64,000 nucleotides of DNA from Podarcis muralis. Lineage: Eukaryota. Positions 36,501 to 56,520 of this stretch are shown one piece after another. Under the pieces are notes generated by a model. The model did no database searches. It was not told the DNA's origin and worked only from the letters and a program-made list of their open reading frames with translations. Made by a program: the position numbers and the translations under genes. The stretch's first letter is position 1; each line of letters begins with the position of its first letter. The stretch is taken from the NCBI RefSeq assembly GCF_964188315.1, contig NC_135662.1, forward strand, positions 85,312,001 through 85,376,000. The letters are read 5' to 3'.

Positions 36501-38134
36501 GAGGCTCCAGAGAGTTTTGGCACATCTAAATTGCCACCTCTGTTGAAGTAACAAAACAGGAGAAGGAGCTGCCTCTGCCTTAGGCAGCTGAGTGGCTTCC
36601 ACAAGCTCTGCAGCCTGACATCAGCACAAGTCCCCACTCTTCACCTGGGCCCTGGGATGGAGGCTCTCTCTTATGTTGTGCTGATTTTAGAAGCACTTGT
36701 GTCAGTAATGAGTAACTTCGCTGGTGAATTTATACAACCGGAAGCAGCCTCATCTCACTGGGAGCTGGAGAAGAGGGGTTGTCCAACAGGGAGCCCCTTG
36801 CTCAGTGGTGTTGGACAAGCCCTCACCCCCCTCTCTCAGCAAGGAGGGTCTGTAACAAGCACACGCATTTTGGCTGGCTTCACAACTGTGTTTTCTTTTT
36901 ACGCTTGGGCACACAGAGGGAAATTATGTGCAATTGAATGGAAGACATCAGGGAAAGCGAAACCATTTCTTCGGAATACGTTTGACAATCCACTCCAGGT
37001 TGCAGCATACATAGGAGCCATTAACCATGATGCCAATTACAACTTTCAGGTCAGTAAAGTGGGCATGACAATTCAAATAATTTTTTGCACTTGCTGCCTC
37101 TTATTTCCACATGCTCATTCTGGAGGTGAATCTGTTTTATCCTATGACATTCCAGAAAAATAAGTCAAAACAAAAAAAATTCCTTCCAGTAGCACTTTAA
37201 AGACCAACTAAGTTAGTTCTTGGTATGAGCTTTCGTGTGCATGCACGCTTCTTCAGATACACTGAAACAGAAGTTGCCAGATCCTTCTATATAGTGAGAT
37301 GGTGGGGAGGGGTATTACTCAGAAGGGTGGTGGGAATGGGTGATTGGCAGATAGCTGTGATGAGCCTGTGACCTTAATGTAAAGCTGTTGACAGCTATCT
37401 GCCAATCACCCATTCCCACCACCCTTCTGAGTAATACCCCTCCCCACCTTCTCACTATATAGAAGGATCTGGCAACTTCTGTTTCAGTGTATCTGAAGAA
37501 GTGTGCATGCACACGAAAGCTCATACCAAGAACTAACTTAGTTGGTCTTTAAGGTGCTACTGGAAGGAATTTTTTTTGTTTTGACTATGGCAGACCAACA
37601 CGGCTACCTATCTGTAACCAGAAAAATAAGGACAGTGAAGGGTGGGACAGGGAAAAAGGTGTTCCTATACCTTGGGTGAGCTGGGGCAAAGTAGTTTGTT
37701 TGCTTAGTTTCTGTGATGGGCATGGGGAAAGAGGCCTCTTCCTGCCCTCCTCCAGAAGGAAACCAGGTAAGTTGCCTGAATAAGGACTGAGCTAGTAGAA
37801 AAAGCTTCCTCCACCCACAGAGAGCTCTACCACTCACTTGCCCAATCCACACTGTAGTGTTAGCTCTATGTGCATGTCTAGCAAATTCATTCTGTAGAAA
37901 GAGTCGAAGACTAAGTCTAGAACAAAAAAGTCACTTTGCCGAGCATTTCGCTTGCATAACTTCTGCTGAACTTGCTTTGTTCCTCAGGTTGACTGTGGCC
38001 TCCTTGTGGTCGCCTACAAAGATGGTTCTCCTGCACATGCACATTACATAGACTCTGAGCTATGCTGTCAGTACTGGAACAAGTGGCTGCTTCGCCTGGA
38101 AGAATATAAAGAGAAAGACTTTGGAATTGGGTGA
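32969..38134 (+). CDS. MGME1: Mitochondrial genome maintenance exonuclease 1, 4 coding exons, 341 aa
   Basis: Exons 32969-33494, 35307-35526, 36917-37049, 37988-38134 (1026 nt, GT-AG). Motifs [48 protein letters not shown] and [10 protein letters not shown] match MGME1; lies head-to-head with SNX5 as in mammals. Confidence 0.96.
33522..33549. repeat. (TG)n microsatellite near the MGME1 donor at 33494
   Basis: Direct reading. Confidence 0.9.
36008..36248. mobile_element. Tc1/mariner-pogo MITE
   Basis: TA-cagtggtacctc ... gaggtaccactg-TA. Confidence 0.85.
37223..37260 (-). ncRNA. Minimal hammerhead motif, inverted copy
   Basis: Reverse complement of the 37489-37526 motif with one stem II mismatch. 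Confidence 0.7.
37489..37526 (+). ncRNA. Minimal type I hammerhead ribozyme motif (Penelope-associated)
   Basis: GTAT-CTGAAGA-A-GTGTGCATGCACAC-GAA-AGCT-C-ATAC: stem I GTAT/ATAC, core CUGANGA and GAAA, stem II hairpin, palindromic AGCT stem III, CUC cleavage triplet. Confidence 0.75.
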
Positions 38135-38821
38135 CCCTTTTTAAATTTAAGCCCCTTTAAGGCAGACTGCTTTTTTTTACTTTGAAGCAAATGGAGGAAC
38201 TAAATGCTACCAGGGAAACATAGTGGGTGGTATTAATCTAAGAGTTGCTCATTCTGGCAGCCGTGGTTGCATACAGAATTTCCCTTCTGGTTAATTCTGC
38301 TTAGCTGAGTTCAATTGACTGCCTGGGCCTCTCATGCAGGGAGCACATCTGTGCCTTCTCCCTCTGACCAGTCATTGTCATCCCACCCCCAGTCCCCTGG
38401 TGGTTCCCTTGGGGGTTCCCCAGCTGGCGCCTCCCACCACTCTTTTGCATCCATGACAGGTGATTAACAACTCCCATCATGGTGAAGAGATCTTATGCTG
38501 GGTTTACTGTAAAAAAAAGGGGGAGGGTGGAATTCTTCTTGACACCAAAATCAGTCGTCCCTGGGGTCAGGACTACTCCTGCTGTAGAGGGATTCCACTG
38601 TAATTTCCATCGCGTGAAAAGTTTATAATGTGAATCATATTCCAAGCAGCAGATTAAATTGGAAATTGCACAAACGCTGACTGCCTTGCTCCAAACTGCT
38701 GAGGTGCTATTTTGAGGTGACCTGACTACAAACAGTATATTCTAGGAAGACATTGCCTGAATGAAAAATGGTTGCATAGATGGATTACATTGTGTTCCCA
38801 GGACATAGCTCTGATTCAATA

Positions 38822-38823
38822 GC

Positions 38824-38870
<47 letters not shown>

Positions 38871-39300
38871 TCTTTATACCCCGCCCATCTGGCTGGGTTT
38901 CCCCAGCCACTCTGGGCAGCTTCCAACAGAACACTAAAATTCAATAACCTATTAAACATTAAAAGCTTCCCTAAACAGGGCTGCCTTCAGATGTCTTCTA
39001 AAAGTTTGGTAGTTATTTTTCTATTTGACATCTGGTGGGAGGGTGTTCCACAGGGTGGGTGCCACTACCGAGAAGGCCCTCTGCCTGGTTCCCTGTAACT
39101 TGGCTTCTCGTAGCGAGGGAACCGCCAGAAGGCCCTTGGCACTGGACCTCAGTGTCCAGGCAGAACGATGGAGGTGGAGACGCTCCTTCAGGTATACTGG
39201 ACCAAGGCCATTTAGGGCTTTAAAGGTCAGCACCAACACTTTGAATTGTGCTCAGAAACGTACTGGGAGCCAGTGTAGGTCTTTCAAGACCGGTGTTATA
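38822..39300 (-). mobile_element. L2-type LINE 3' fragment
   Basis: MLVLTFKALNGLGPVYLKERL...; (AAT)n tail at about 38824-38870. Confidence 0.85.
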
Positions 39301-40467
39301 TGGTTATATAGCTGTGTGGAAATCCACACTTAAATCTATTGCTAATTTGGGTTCCATTCCAAAGCTAGCCAAGAGCCATCTGAGGATACAGTTGAGGTCC
39401 TGCCCTACCAGCAGAGAGGGAAGTCTGATGCAGGGAGGGGATTTACGCCACCCCATCCCACCCCAGTAAGCCTGCAGAAAGCTCCACAGCCATAGATGCC
39501 CTGCTAGTGTTGGCATTGGACGTACACTGCCATGACTGAGGATCCACAGGCACCTAAGCCCTTTTGTTCCCTGACATGCTCCCAGAAGCACCTCTGACAC
39601 CAGCCCTTTAGCTAGCATAGCTCAGTTCTCTTCCCACTAAGCACAATGGGAGCTGGGTGGGCACCACAGAGGGAGCGCCACCATAGGCTTGGACACAAAA
39701 CAGGCTTTCAAATAGAGTCATAAATAACTTTATTGGAATATTTCATAACAGACTTTGGTTTTTTGGTGGGGAGGGGGAATACAAATGATGGTTATTGTGT
39801 TATTGACACATATATTTTATTGGAATTCTAGGCCAGTTACCTGTATTCAAATTAAATACAGTTATTTTGGTCAAATACGTTATAGCCGTAGGTAACTGTT
39901 TCTTTATCAAAGGCGCGTATTTGATGTCTGTACAAAGGCTGAGAGAGAACGAAGCACAATTCAGATTGTGCCATGTACTGTGCTATGTTCGCCCCATACT
40001 GGGGAGATTTTATTCATGTTCAGAAATTAAGTACCTAGACAGTTTGATCAGACCAGGTTGAGTGCTGTCTTCCTTTTGAATTCAGTTCTGGTCAGGGTTG
40101 CTGTGTCTCCTAGAGTTCAGAGAATAGGGAGCTTAAAGGATGGCGCTTTGCAGCTCAGTAGGTAAATCCTGCAAGGTTATGAGCAGAGTTTAGTGACATC
40201 AGATGTAGGCTGAAGGCAGCACCTGTCAGGTCAAGGGAAGAATGATATAATGGGCCTGTGTGTACTAACAGCGAGAATAGTTAAAAACTCTTAAGCCAAA
40301 CAGATGCCAGCTTGCCTGCCCAAGAGATTTCAGTCTTCCCTTCCTCTAGAGATTTCAACGGGGCCACTAAAACCCTGAAACGTTTTGTCAGACCATGACA
40401 CTTGGCAACCCGACTTCAGACAATTGTAAACTTCCAACTCATTTGGCCACTACAATGCAGTGCAGTG

Positions 40468-48982
<8,515 letters not shown>

Positions 48983-51734
48983 GATGAGATCCGCGATTTC
49001 ACCTTTCCTCCTGGCCGTTCCGTTTTCTGGGAACTCCGCCCTTCCCTGGGGTTCCAGGTGAGGCGCGCTGGCAAGGGGTCGCGGCTTCTGCTGGCGCCCC
49101 CCGGGCCCGATCCCCCTCCTCAAGGAGAGCAAGAGACCCCACGCCGGAGCCGGAGGTGCCCCCCTTCACCCCCACCCCCTTTCCAAAGGTGTCTCTGAGC
49201 AAAGGCACCACCAGGAAACTTGGAGGGAGCATGCGTGCTGCAAACATAACGGTGTCAACAAGCCTCTCTACCTGTCCGACCGGTTGGAGCAGCTGCTTTG
49301 TTCCAGCCCTTCCTTAGGCATGAATGTTTGCAAAGAATGTAACGTCTGAAAATGAGGAGGGGGGATTCCTGGGACCGTAGACTTCCCTCCCCAGGTCATT
49401 TCTGTCACCAGCAAGAGCAAGCACCCCCCTCTCCTGACACTAGCCGAGACCCCCCACCAACCCAGATGGAGCCTTGGGGTTGCATGCTGCTGTCTCCAAG
49501 GTCCTGGAAGCTGATTTGGGCGCTGAGCTGCTCTCCCCTTGGGGCTCTAAATGTGTATCTGGTTGCCATGTACAAACACACCAGCTAATTTCATATTAAT
49601 ATCATGAATGCTTCTGCGGGACATGCAAGAATTTCCCTCTAGCTAGGTTTTGTGTGTGTGTGTGTGGACACGCAGTGCATCCATGGGAAGTAACTACAGG
49701 CTGACATTCAAAGCCAAGCAGCTCCAGGCACTTAAATTAAGTTATTTTTTTGCGTCTGCTTTGCATGCAGTCATCTTCAGAGGCCTCTCTCTCTCCTCTG
49801 AGTTTGGTGATGAAGATGCCTCCCAGCACTGCAAGGGGTAGGGCAAAGGGTGCTTCTCCAGCATGTAAGCGTCTAGATGAAACACGAGAGCCTACGTTTT
49901 AATGTGCATTAAAAAATAATAATGGATGGAGCTGCCTGCTATGTACATCAAGGACTCTGCTGTGTGTTTTATGTAGAGCTGCAAAGCAAATACTGTGGAG
50001 TATAGGCCGCTTCTCACTAGAACCAAAAGAAGGAAAAATGACCCCCGATTAATAAGGCAACAACATAAGATAAATAAATCAAGGGTAAGAAACTTAAATG
50101 AACTTTATAATCTATCTATATACACAAAATCTAACGGCTGTGATGCCCATAAATAATTTTTTTTTTACATAGAGTTGAATCTTATTATTAAAAAAGGCAC
50201 AGAAAGGCAATAAAACAAAAATCCAAAAAAGTGAGTACCAAATATATAAAACCTATAATACAATAACTGGGATGTATAGATCCATAAACAAAAAATGAAT
50301 ATGTGTGTCAATCACTGAAAAAAGTGGCAGGTACTCTATATCCCTTTGCACCAGAAGTCCCACCTTTTTATAGGAAAGGATATGAATTCAATATTAAATT
50401 ATATGCTGTATATATATTCTTTCCTGTGCATCTGGTTCTTCCAAGGTTGCTGCTTCCAAGTCCCCACAATGTACAGGCTCATGTTTAAAATGCCCCCGTG
50501 CCTTTAGTGACTTCCATGCCCCTAGCGTGGCGTCCTGCCCCTCATCCAATGACCAATACAGCATGGGATCAGACCCTGTTGTGGTGCTGAGGGGCCCATC
50601 TTGATCTCATGGCCACGATGGGCCTACTATCCCTAGGTGACTGACCCCTGGCCAACAGGAAGACATTTCAAAGCTCTGTTGTCCTGAGGCCTACATTTTT
50701 CTTTGTATTTTGTAGGAGACACATGGGACGATGTTATAACCATGTCGCAGTTAAGAACCCAAAATGTGAAATATGGTTCTAGACTTCCCTTGTCCTTAAT
50801 CCTAAACACACCTGCTCTTATTTCCAGCTGCGGAATTCAGACAGTTTTACTGACAAAGCCCTGTTCGTCCAAGGTTTGTGTTTAGAGTCTTCTGGTGGAG
50901 TTAGAAGGCAGCAAGAACAACATTTGATTTATTTGTTTTTCTTTTTAATATTTTTTTTACTGTACAACATCATGCACAAATGAAATAACACATCGCACTC
51001 TCGTCCAGAAGATGAAGTTTAGTCAATACAACAGAAATACAACCTAAACAGCATAATTACGGTAAGTTCCTACCCCAGACAACTATCTATATAGGGGGCA
51101 ATATACAGTTTATGCTAACCGAAAAGCCTCAGCAATTGGAGAATCGACTAAGGCAACACTCTCAAGGCCTCATCAGAGACTGTATTTACAGCAGCATCAA
51201 GATCAGCATGAAGGCGAGCCCTTCTGTCCTCAAAATGTCTAGCAATCTTGTCACAGCAGGTCTTTGACAGTTCTAGCACCCCATCAGTCAGGCAGCTTTG
51301 CTATTCAGTCAGCTGCACTCTGCCACTTCCACGCTAGCCAGCTGGACATTGCCTGGCCTGCTTCAGTCCTCATTAATTTTGAGGAAAACTAAGGAGCACA
51401 ATGAGTGGCGCAGTGTCCGGGTGGACGCTCCCAAGAGATTGAGTCAATAGCCCTCCTTATCTCCCTGGTCCACAGTGAGGTAAGGAGCTCAACGGGATTG
51501 CTGACATTGGAAAATCCCCATCAGATTCCATAAGTCATCCAGTTGGGGCGACCCAGGATGTTTTGGCACTGGAGGCAAAACAGAATATTCTGTCCCCCTG
51601 GGGCGCCGGATTAAAGGTAGTGCAAGCAGTTCCTCAGCACAGGGCTCTGAGCTAAGGAGAGGTAAAATTAAGAAGATCCATACTTGAGAAGATCCATTTT
51701 GGGGCACTGAATTTTGACCTCACACAGGGCACCA

Positions 51735-51744
51735 TAATAATAAT

Positions 51745-51794
<50 letters not shown>

Positions 51795-52335
51795 TTTATT
51801 TATATCCTGCCTTCCCAGTTAAAAAACCGGGCTCAGGGTGGCTAACAACAAAATTAAAACACTTAATTGTAAAAACAGCATAAAATACAGTATAAAAACA
51901 TGAATAACAATAAAATTCAAAATTCAGAAATAAATTTAGGGGGAAATAAACATTAGATAATCCCCAGGGCTAGCTGGCTGAATTGGTCCTACTTGGGCCA
52001 GCGAGGAGGCCAGGGGAGAATTAGCTGTGGGGTCTCAGAGCGAGTAATCTTCATAAAAGGGGAGGGGGAGGGAAGAGAAGGGAAATAAAAGATCAGGCTG
52101 AATTCAAATTAAAGGCCAGGCGTAAGAGTCTTACAGGCTCAACGGAAGGGCCCTAGTCTCATGGGACAGAGTGTTCCACCAGGTCGGAGCCATCACTGAA
52201 AAGGCCCTGGCCCTGGTGGAGGATAGTCTGACTTCCTTAGGGCCCAGGACCTCTAAACTATGGTTATTCATGGACCTTAAGGTCCTCTGCGGGGTAGACC
52301 AGGAGAGGTGGTCCCGTAAATACGAGGGCCCTAAG
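51735..52335 (-). mobile_element. L2-type LINE 3' fragment, second subfamily
   Basis: (AAT)n tail at about 51735-51790; homologous to about 14835-15210 and 28150-28250. Confidence 0.7.
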
Positions 52336-52741
52336 CCACATTACAAAATATTACCCAAGTCTACCCCTGCCTTCTCCTCTACTGTGCACCCAACTGCCAC
52401 CCACCCACTGCTGTCCCCCCACCTAGCAGCAGGTAGCAGCAGGTGGGTGCATGGTGGCAGGTGTCCATATTGCAGAGGAAGAGGCAATGGCAGCCCACAA
52501 GTGTCTGCTGCCCCTCCCAGTTGTCCGAAGGCTGCTGCTCTGCGGTCCCTGCTGCCCCTCGCCCCAGCCGTGTCCAACACCATGCCTGAGAGATGCCTTC
52601 TTAAGCTCCATCAGGGAGGCTGCTCAGTGTGGATAATACAGCACTAGCACCTCCACTGGACCTAATGAGATGTCTTTCAGACCACAGTGCACTGGTGGCT
52701 GCTACCCCCTGGACCAGTTGGGGTGACCAGTGGCCAGGGAG

Positions 52742-53004
52742 GAATCATAGAATTGTAGAGATGGAAGAGGGACCAAAGGGTCATCTAGTCCAACCCCCTG
52801 CAATGCGGGATTTTTTTTGCCCAATGTGGGATTTGAACCCACAACCCTGAGATTAAGAATTTCATGGAGAGCATGAGACTCTTAATCTCAGGGCTGTGGG
52901 TTCAAATCCCACATTGGGCAAAAGCTTCCTGCATTGTAGGGGGTTAGAATAGATGGCCCTTGTGGTCCCTTCCATCTCTGATTCTATGCTTGACTGAGCT
53001 ACCC
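52742..53004. mobile_element. tRNA-Lys-derived SINE with CR1-like tail, present as a fold-back inverted pair
   Basis: gagcatgagactcttaatctcaggg..tgggttc matches tRNA-Lys(CTT). Arms about 52746-52866 and 52872-52988. A related single copy lies at about 20817-20960. Confidence 0.75.
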
Positions 53005-53128
53005 CAGAAGTTACTTGTAGGGAAGGCCAATAAAGTCACATGGATGGGGCCAAGTTGTTTTGCTTTTTCCCCTCATCCTCCTCGCTTGCAAAGGTGTGGA
53101 CACAAAAGCGTTGCAGTTGCATAAAGTA

Positions 53129-53354
53129 CAGTGGTACCTCAGGTTACATACGCTTCAGGTTACAGACTCCGCTAACCCAGAAATAGTGCTTCATGTTAAG
53201 AACTTTGCTTCAGGATGAGAACAGAAATCGTGCTCCGGCGGCACAGAAGCAGCAGGAGGCCCCATTAGCTAAAGTGGTGCTTCAGGTTAAGAACAGTTTC
53301 AGGTTAAGAACGGACCTCCGGAATGAATTAAGTTCTTAACCTGAGGTACCACTG
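53129..53354. mobile_element. Tc1/mariner-pogo MITE
   Basis: TA-cagtggtacctcaggttacatac ... gaggtaccactg-TA; same family as 54704-54934, 56665-56881 and 56926-57140. Confidence 0.85.
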
Positions 53355-53477
53355 TACATAGTACCTAACTAAAACAAAAAGCGTCTGACCTTGGTTTAGA
53401 AGGGGTCCCTGACTCCCTGCTGTCAAAATTTATATTTTGAGTAACTGTCACTATAGCCATGCATTACTCTGAAATTT

Positions 53478-53866
53478 GTTGTTGTTTAGTCGTTTAGTCA
53501 TGTCCGACTCTTCGTGACCCCATGGACCAGAGCACGCCAGGCACTTCTGTCTTCCACTGCCTCCCGCAGTTTGGTCAAACTCATGCTGGTAGCTTCGAAG
53601 ACACTATCCAACCATCTCTGTCGTCCCCTTCTCCTTGTGCCCTCCATCTTTCCCAACATCAGGGTCTTTTCCAGGGAGTCTTCTCTTCTCATGAGGTGGC
53701 CAAAGTACTGGAGTCTCAGCTTCAGGATCTGTCCTTCCAGTGAGCACTCAGGGCTGATTTCCTTAAGAATGGAGAGGTTTGATCTTCTTGCAGTCCATGG
53801 GACTCACAAGAGTCTCCTCCAGCACCATAATTCAAAAGCATCAATTCTTCGGCGATCAGCCTTCTT
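53478..53866 (-). mobile_element. RTE-BovB 3' fragment
   Basis: MRREDSLEKTLMLGKMEG; gactaaacgactaaacaacaac tail. Confidence 0.88.
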
Positions 53867-54703
53867 ACTCTGAAATAAGCCCCATTAAATGCCATAGGGA
53901 TTACTCCCAGTTAGGACTGGAGCCTGAAATGGTTAGTTTTAAAGGTGCCACACAGAACTTCAATAGACCTTGCAACTCCCAGGAAGTAGGGTTCGGATTG
54001 CAGTTTATCCTGTAACTCTAAACCCATTTACCTGGGAGTAATCCTTTCCCTATAGACTTCAATGGACTTTACCTCTGAATAGAACCATGGTTAGGATTAA
54101 GCAGTTAGTTGTCAAATTCTCTTCTACCACTGGTGACCTGTTTTAAAGGGAATCCTACAGGCTGACAAAGCTTCTGTTATCTAGGGCTGAAACTGGATTA
54201 ACTGTCCAATTCCTAGCGCAAAGCACAATTCCTAACGGGGGGAGGTTTAATCCACTTGGAGACACTCACATGAAGGTTGTGCTTGTGTTTATTAAGGCTG
54301 CAGTAATAACAGCCGCTGCCCCCATGGGCTGGAGTGGGTTTATCCCGCAGTTAAGTGCAAAGGCCTACGCATGTCTACTCAGAAGTAAGCTTACTCCATG
54401 ATAAGTCTGTAGAGGCTGCTTGAAGCCTAACTTGGTTTCTTTTAAACAGTACTCTGGACTTATTTTAAATAATAAAATTAATGCCACTCCTCCCTTCTTC
54501 AGCCAGCGCCCCCCACATCACAATGCAAGCTTCTCCAGTCTCCAGAATTAACTATTGCTTTCTGTTGCCCCGCCTCCAGCAATAAGATAAAGAAAAATAC
54601 CCATCCCCTCTCAGCCAGATCCCTTTGCCATAACAAGACTCTCACAAGGGAACCACTCCCTGCATTTCCTAAGAAATGGCTGGCTCCTGAAGCATTGCAA
54701 TTA

Positions 54704-54934
54704 CAGTGGTACCTTGGGTTAAGTACTTAATTCGTTCCGGAGGTCCGTACTTAACCTGAAACTGTTCTTAACCTGAAGCACCACTTTAGCTAATGGGGCC
54801 TCCCGCTGCCGCCGCACGATTTCTGTTCTCTTCCTGAAGCAAAGTTCTTAACCTGAAGCACTATTTCTGGGTTAGCGGAGTCTGTAACCTGAAGCGTATG
54901 TAACCTGAAGCGTATGTAACCCGAGGCACCACTG
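54704..54934. mobile_element. Tc1/mariner-pogo MITE
   Basis: Inverted copy of the 53129-53354 family, TA-flanked. Confidence 0.85.
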
Positions 54935-55246
54935 TAATGGATGTAAAAGAGATTGGTGTCCTTTTCCTTCCAAATCATAGGAAGGACTTTGTATGGCAGC
55001 TTCACAGTTTCCTTCATTTGGGTGCAGAAATTTTATTTCCCATATAAAAAGGACCATGAGTGTAGCCAGGATTTTTGTTGGGGGGGGGCAGGCCTTTTGT
55101 TGTGGGGGAGAACCTCAGTTTGCTATGTATTTTTATTGATTTTTATTGATGGGGGGGTAGCTGCCCCTTCCCGTCCCCATTTGGCACTACGCTCACGAAC
55201 GGCACTCCGTTTTGGCACCTACACAGAGACACCACTCCCCAAAACA

Positions 55247-55522
55247 TAAAGGTAAAGGGACCCCTGACCATTAGGTCCAGTCGTGGCCGACTCTGGGGTT
55301 GCGGCGCTCATCTCGCTTTATTGGCCGAGGGAGCCGGTGTACAGCTTCTGGGTCATGTGGCCAGCATGACAAAGGCACTTCTGGCGAACCAGAGCAGCAC
55401 ACAGAAACACTGTTTACCTTCCCGCCGGAGCGGTACCTATTTATCTACTTGCACTTTGACGTGCTTTCAAACTGCTAGGTTGGCAGGAGCAGGGACCGAG
55501 CAACGGGAGCTCACCCTGTCGC
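55247..55522 (-). mobile_element. Sauria SINE, 5'-truncated
   Basis: Homologous to 22-361 up to gagctcaccc.gtc. Confidence 0.8.
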
Positions 55523-55899
55523 AGAGAGGAAAAAGGAAAACTGTCCCCCTTTTTCTCCTTCTCTGTCTTTCTTCTTCTAGTTATCTCCTGTGGGTGGTAG
55601 AGGCAGAGGATTCCACATTCTATTTATTCTGTTTGCATATTTTGGGTAGCTGTTTTGGTTTGTTTTTTGCTTAAGTTTTTATCGGTGGTTGCAAGAACCA
55701 GTGATCCCTATTATTCTGAACAAAATGCTTGTTTAACCTCGAGGTAGAATGTATGAATTGTGTATTGCTTTGTAACGATTTGTTGGGTCTCTGGACCATA
55801 GTAAAGATTGTTGTTCTTGTTGTTTGCTTAGATTAGTCTTCTATATATTACTGAATTATGAACCACGTCCATAAAAATCTTACATCGAACTGAAAAGCC

Positions 55900-56520
55900 C
55901 ATGTTTCTCCCTCCGACCTTCCCGGGGGGAGTTCAAGCCTCGTAGCTGCAGCAAAAAAACAGGGATTTCTGAAGCCGAACCAAATCTGTCATAAGACACG
56001 CGCTGCCCGCTCTTTGCCCCTCTCGCGGCGCGGAACGGCGAGCTCCGAATGGAACCGGAAATCGCGGCGGTCAGGAGAGCGTCCAGGGCCTTTGCCTCTT
56101 TGACGCCGAGCCGCTGGGCATGCGCAGGAGGCCGCGCATGCGCCTTGGGGTCCCAGCGGGCGCTGAGGGGAAGGCCGAGACCGCCGGGCATGTCGACGGT
56201 GTCCAAGGCGGTTCTGGCGGCCTCCGTCGCGGTCTCGGGCGCCGTCGTCGCGGGCGTCCACCTCCAGCAGAGCCGCGTCAGGGAGGTAGGCCTCTCCCTC
56301 CCCCCACCCGCACTCCCCCCCCCCTTGCAGGCGGGAGCATCGGGGGAGGGGCGGATTCGGCGGCAGAAAGAGCCCTTGACTTTCCGGGGCAGATGCGTTA
56401 TTATTAGGGGGAATGCATGTGACCCTTTTGCCGAGTAGGGACTGAACGGTGCGCGTGTAAACCAACGGGCAAGATGGCTGTGGGAGGGGCACAGGCAGCG
56501 GGCACGCCCCCTCCCCCCAA
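55900..56520 (+). promoter_or_regulatory. PET117/KAT14 CpG promoter with an NRF1 site
   Basis: GCGCATGCGC at 56134-56143, GCATGCGCA at 56118-56126, CCGGAA near 56056. Confidence 0.75.

Larger units (their letters stand above)
37163..37618. mobile_element. Penelope-like element remnant arranged as a 196-bp inverted repeat
   Basis: Arms 37163-37358 and 37391-37586, nearly identical, with a 32-nt spacer. Contains the ctgaagaag...cgaaagctc and gaccaacacggctac motifs I recognise from reptile Penelope-type repeats. Confidence 0.7.

Noticed and set aside
36657-37163. 168-aa ORF as a separate gene
   Set aside because: It is MGME1 exon 36917-37049 with open intronic flanks.
52866-52921. tRNA-Lys(CTT)-like sequence as a tRNA gene
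   Set aside because: It lacks the 5' acceptor strand and D arm in place, has T-arm changes and runs into a CR1-like tail; it is a SINE head.
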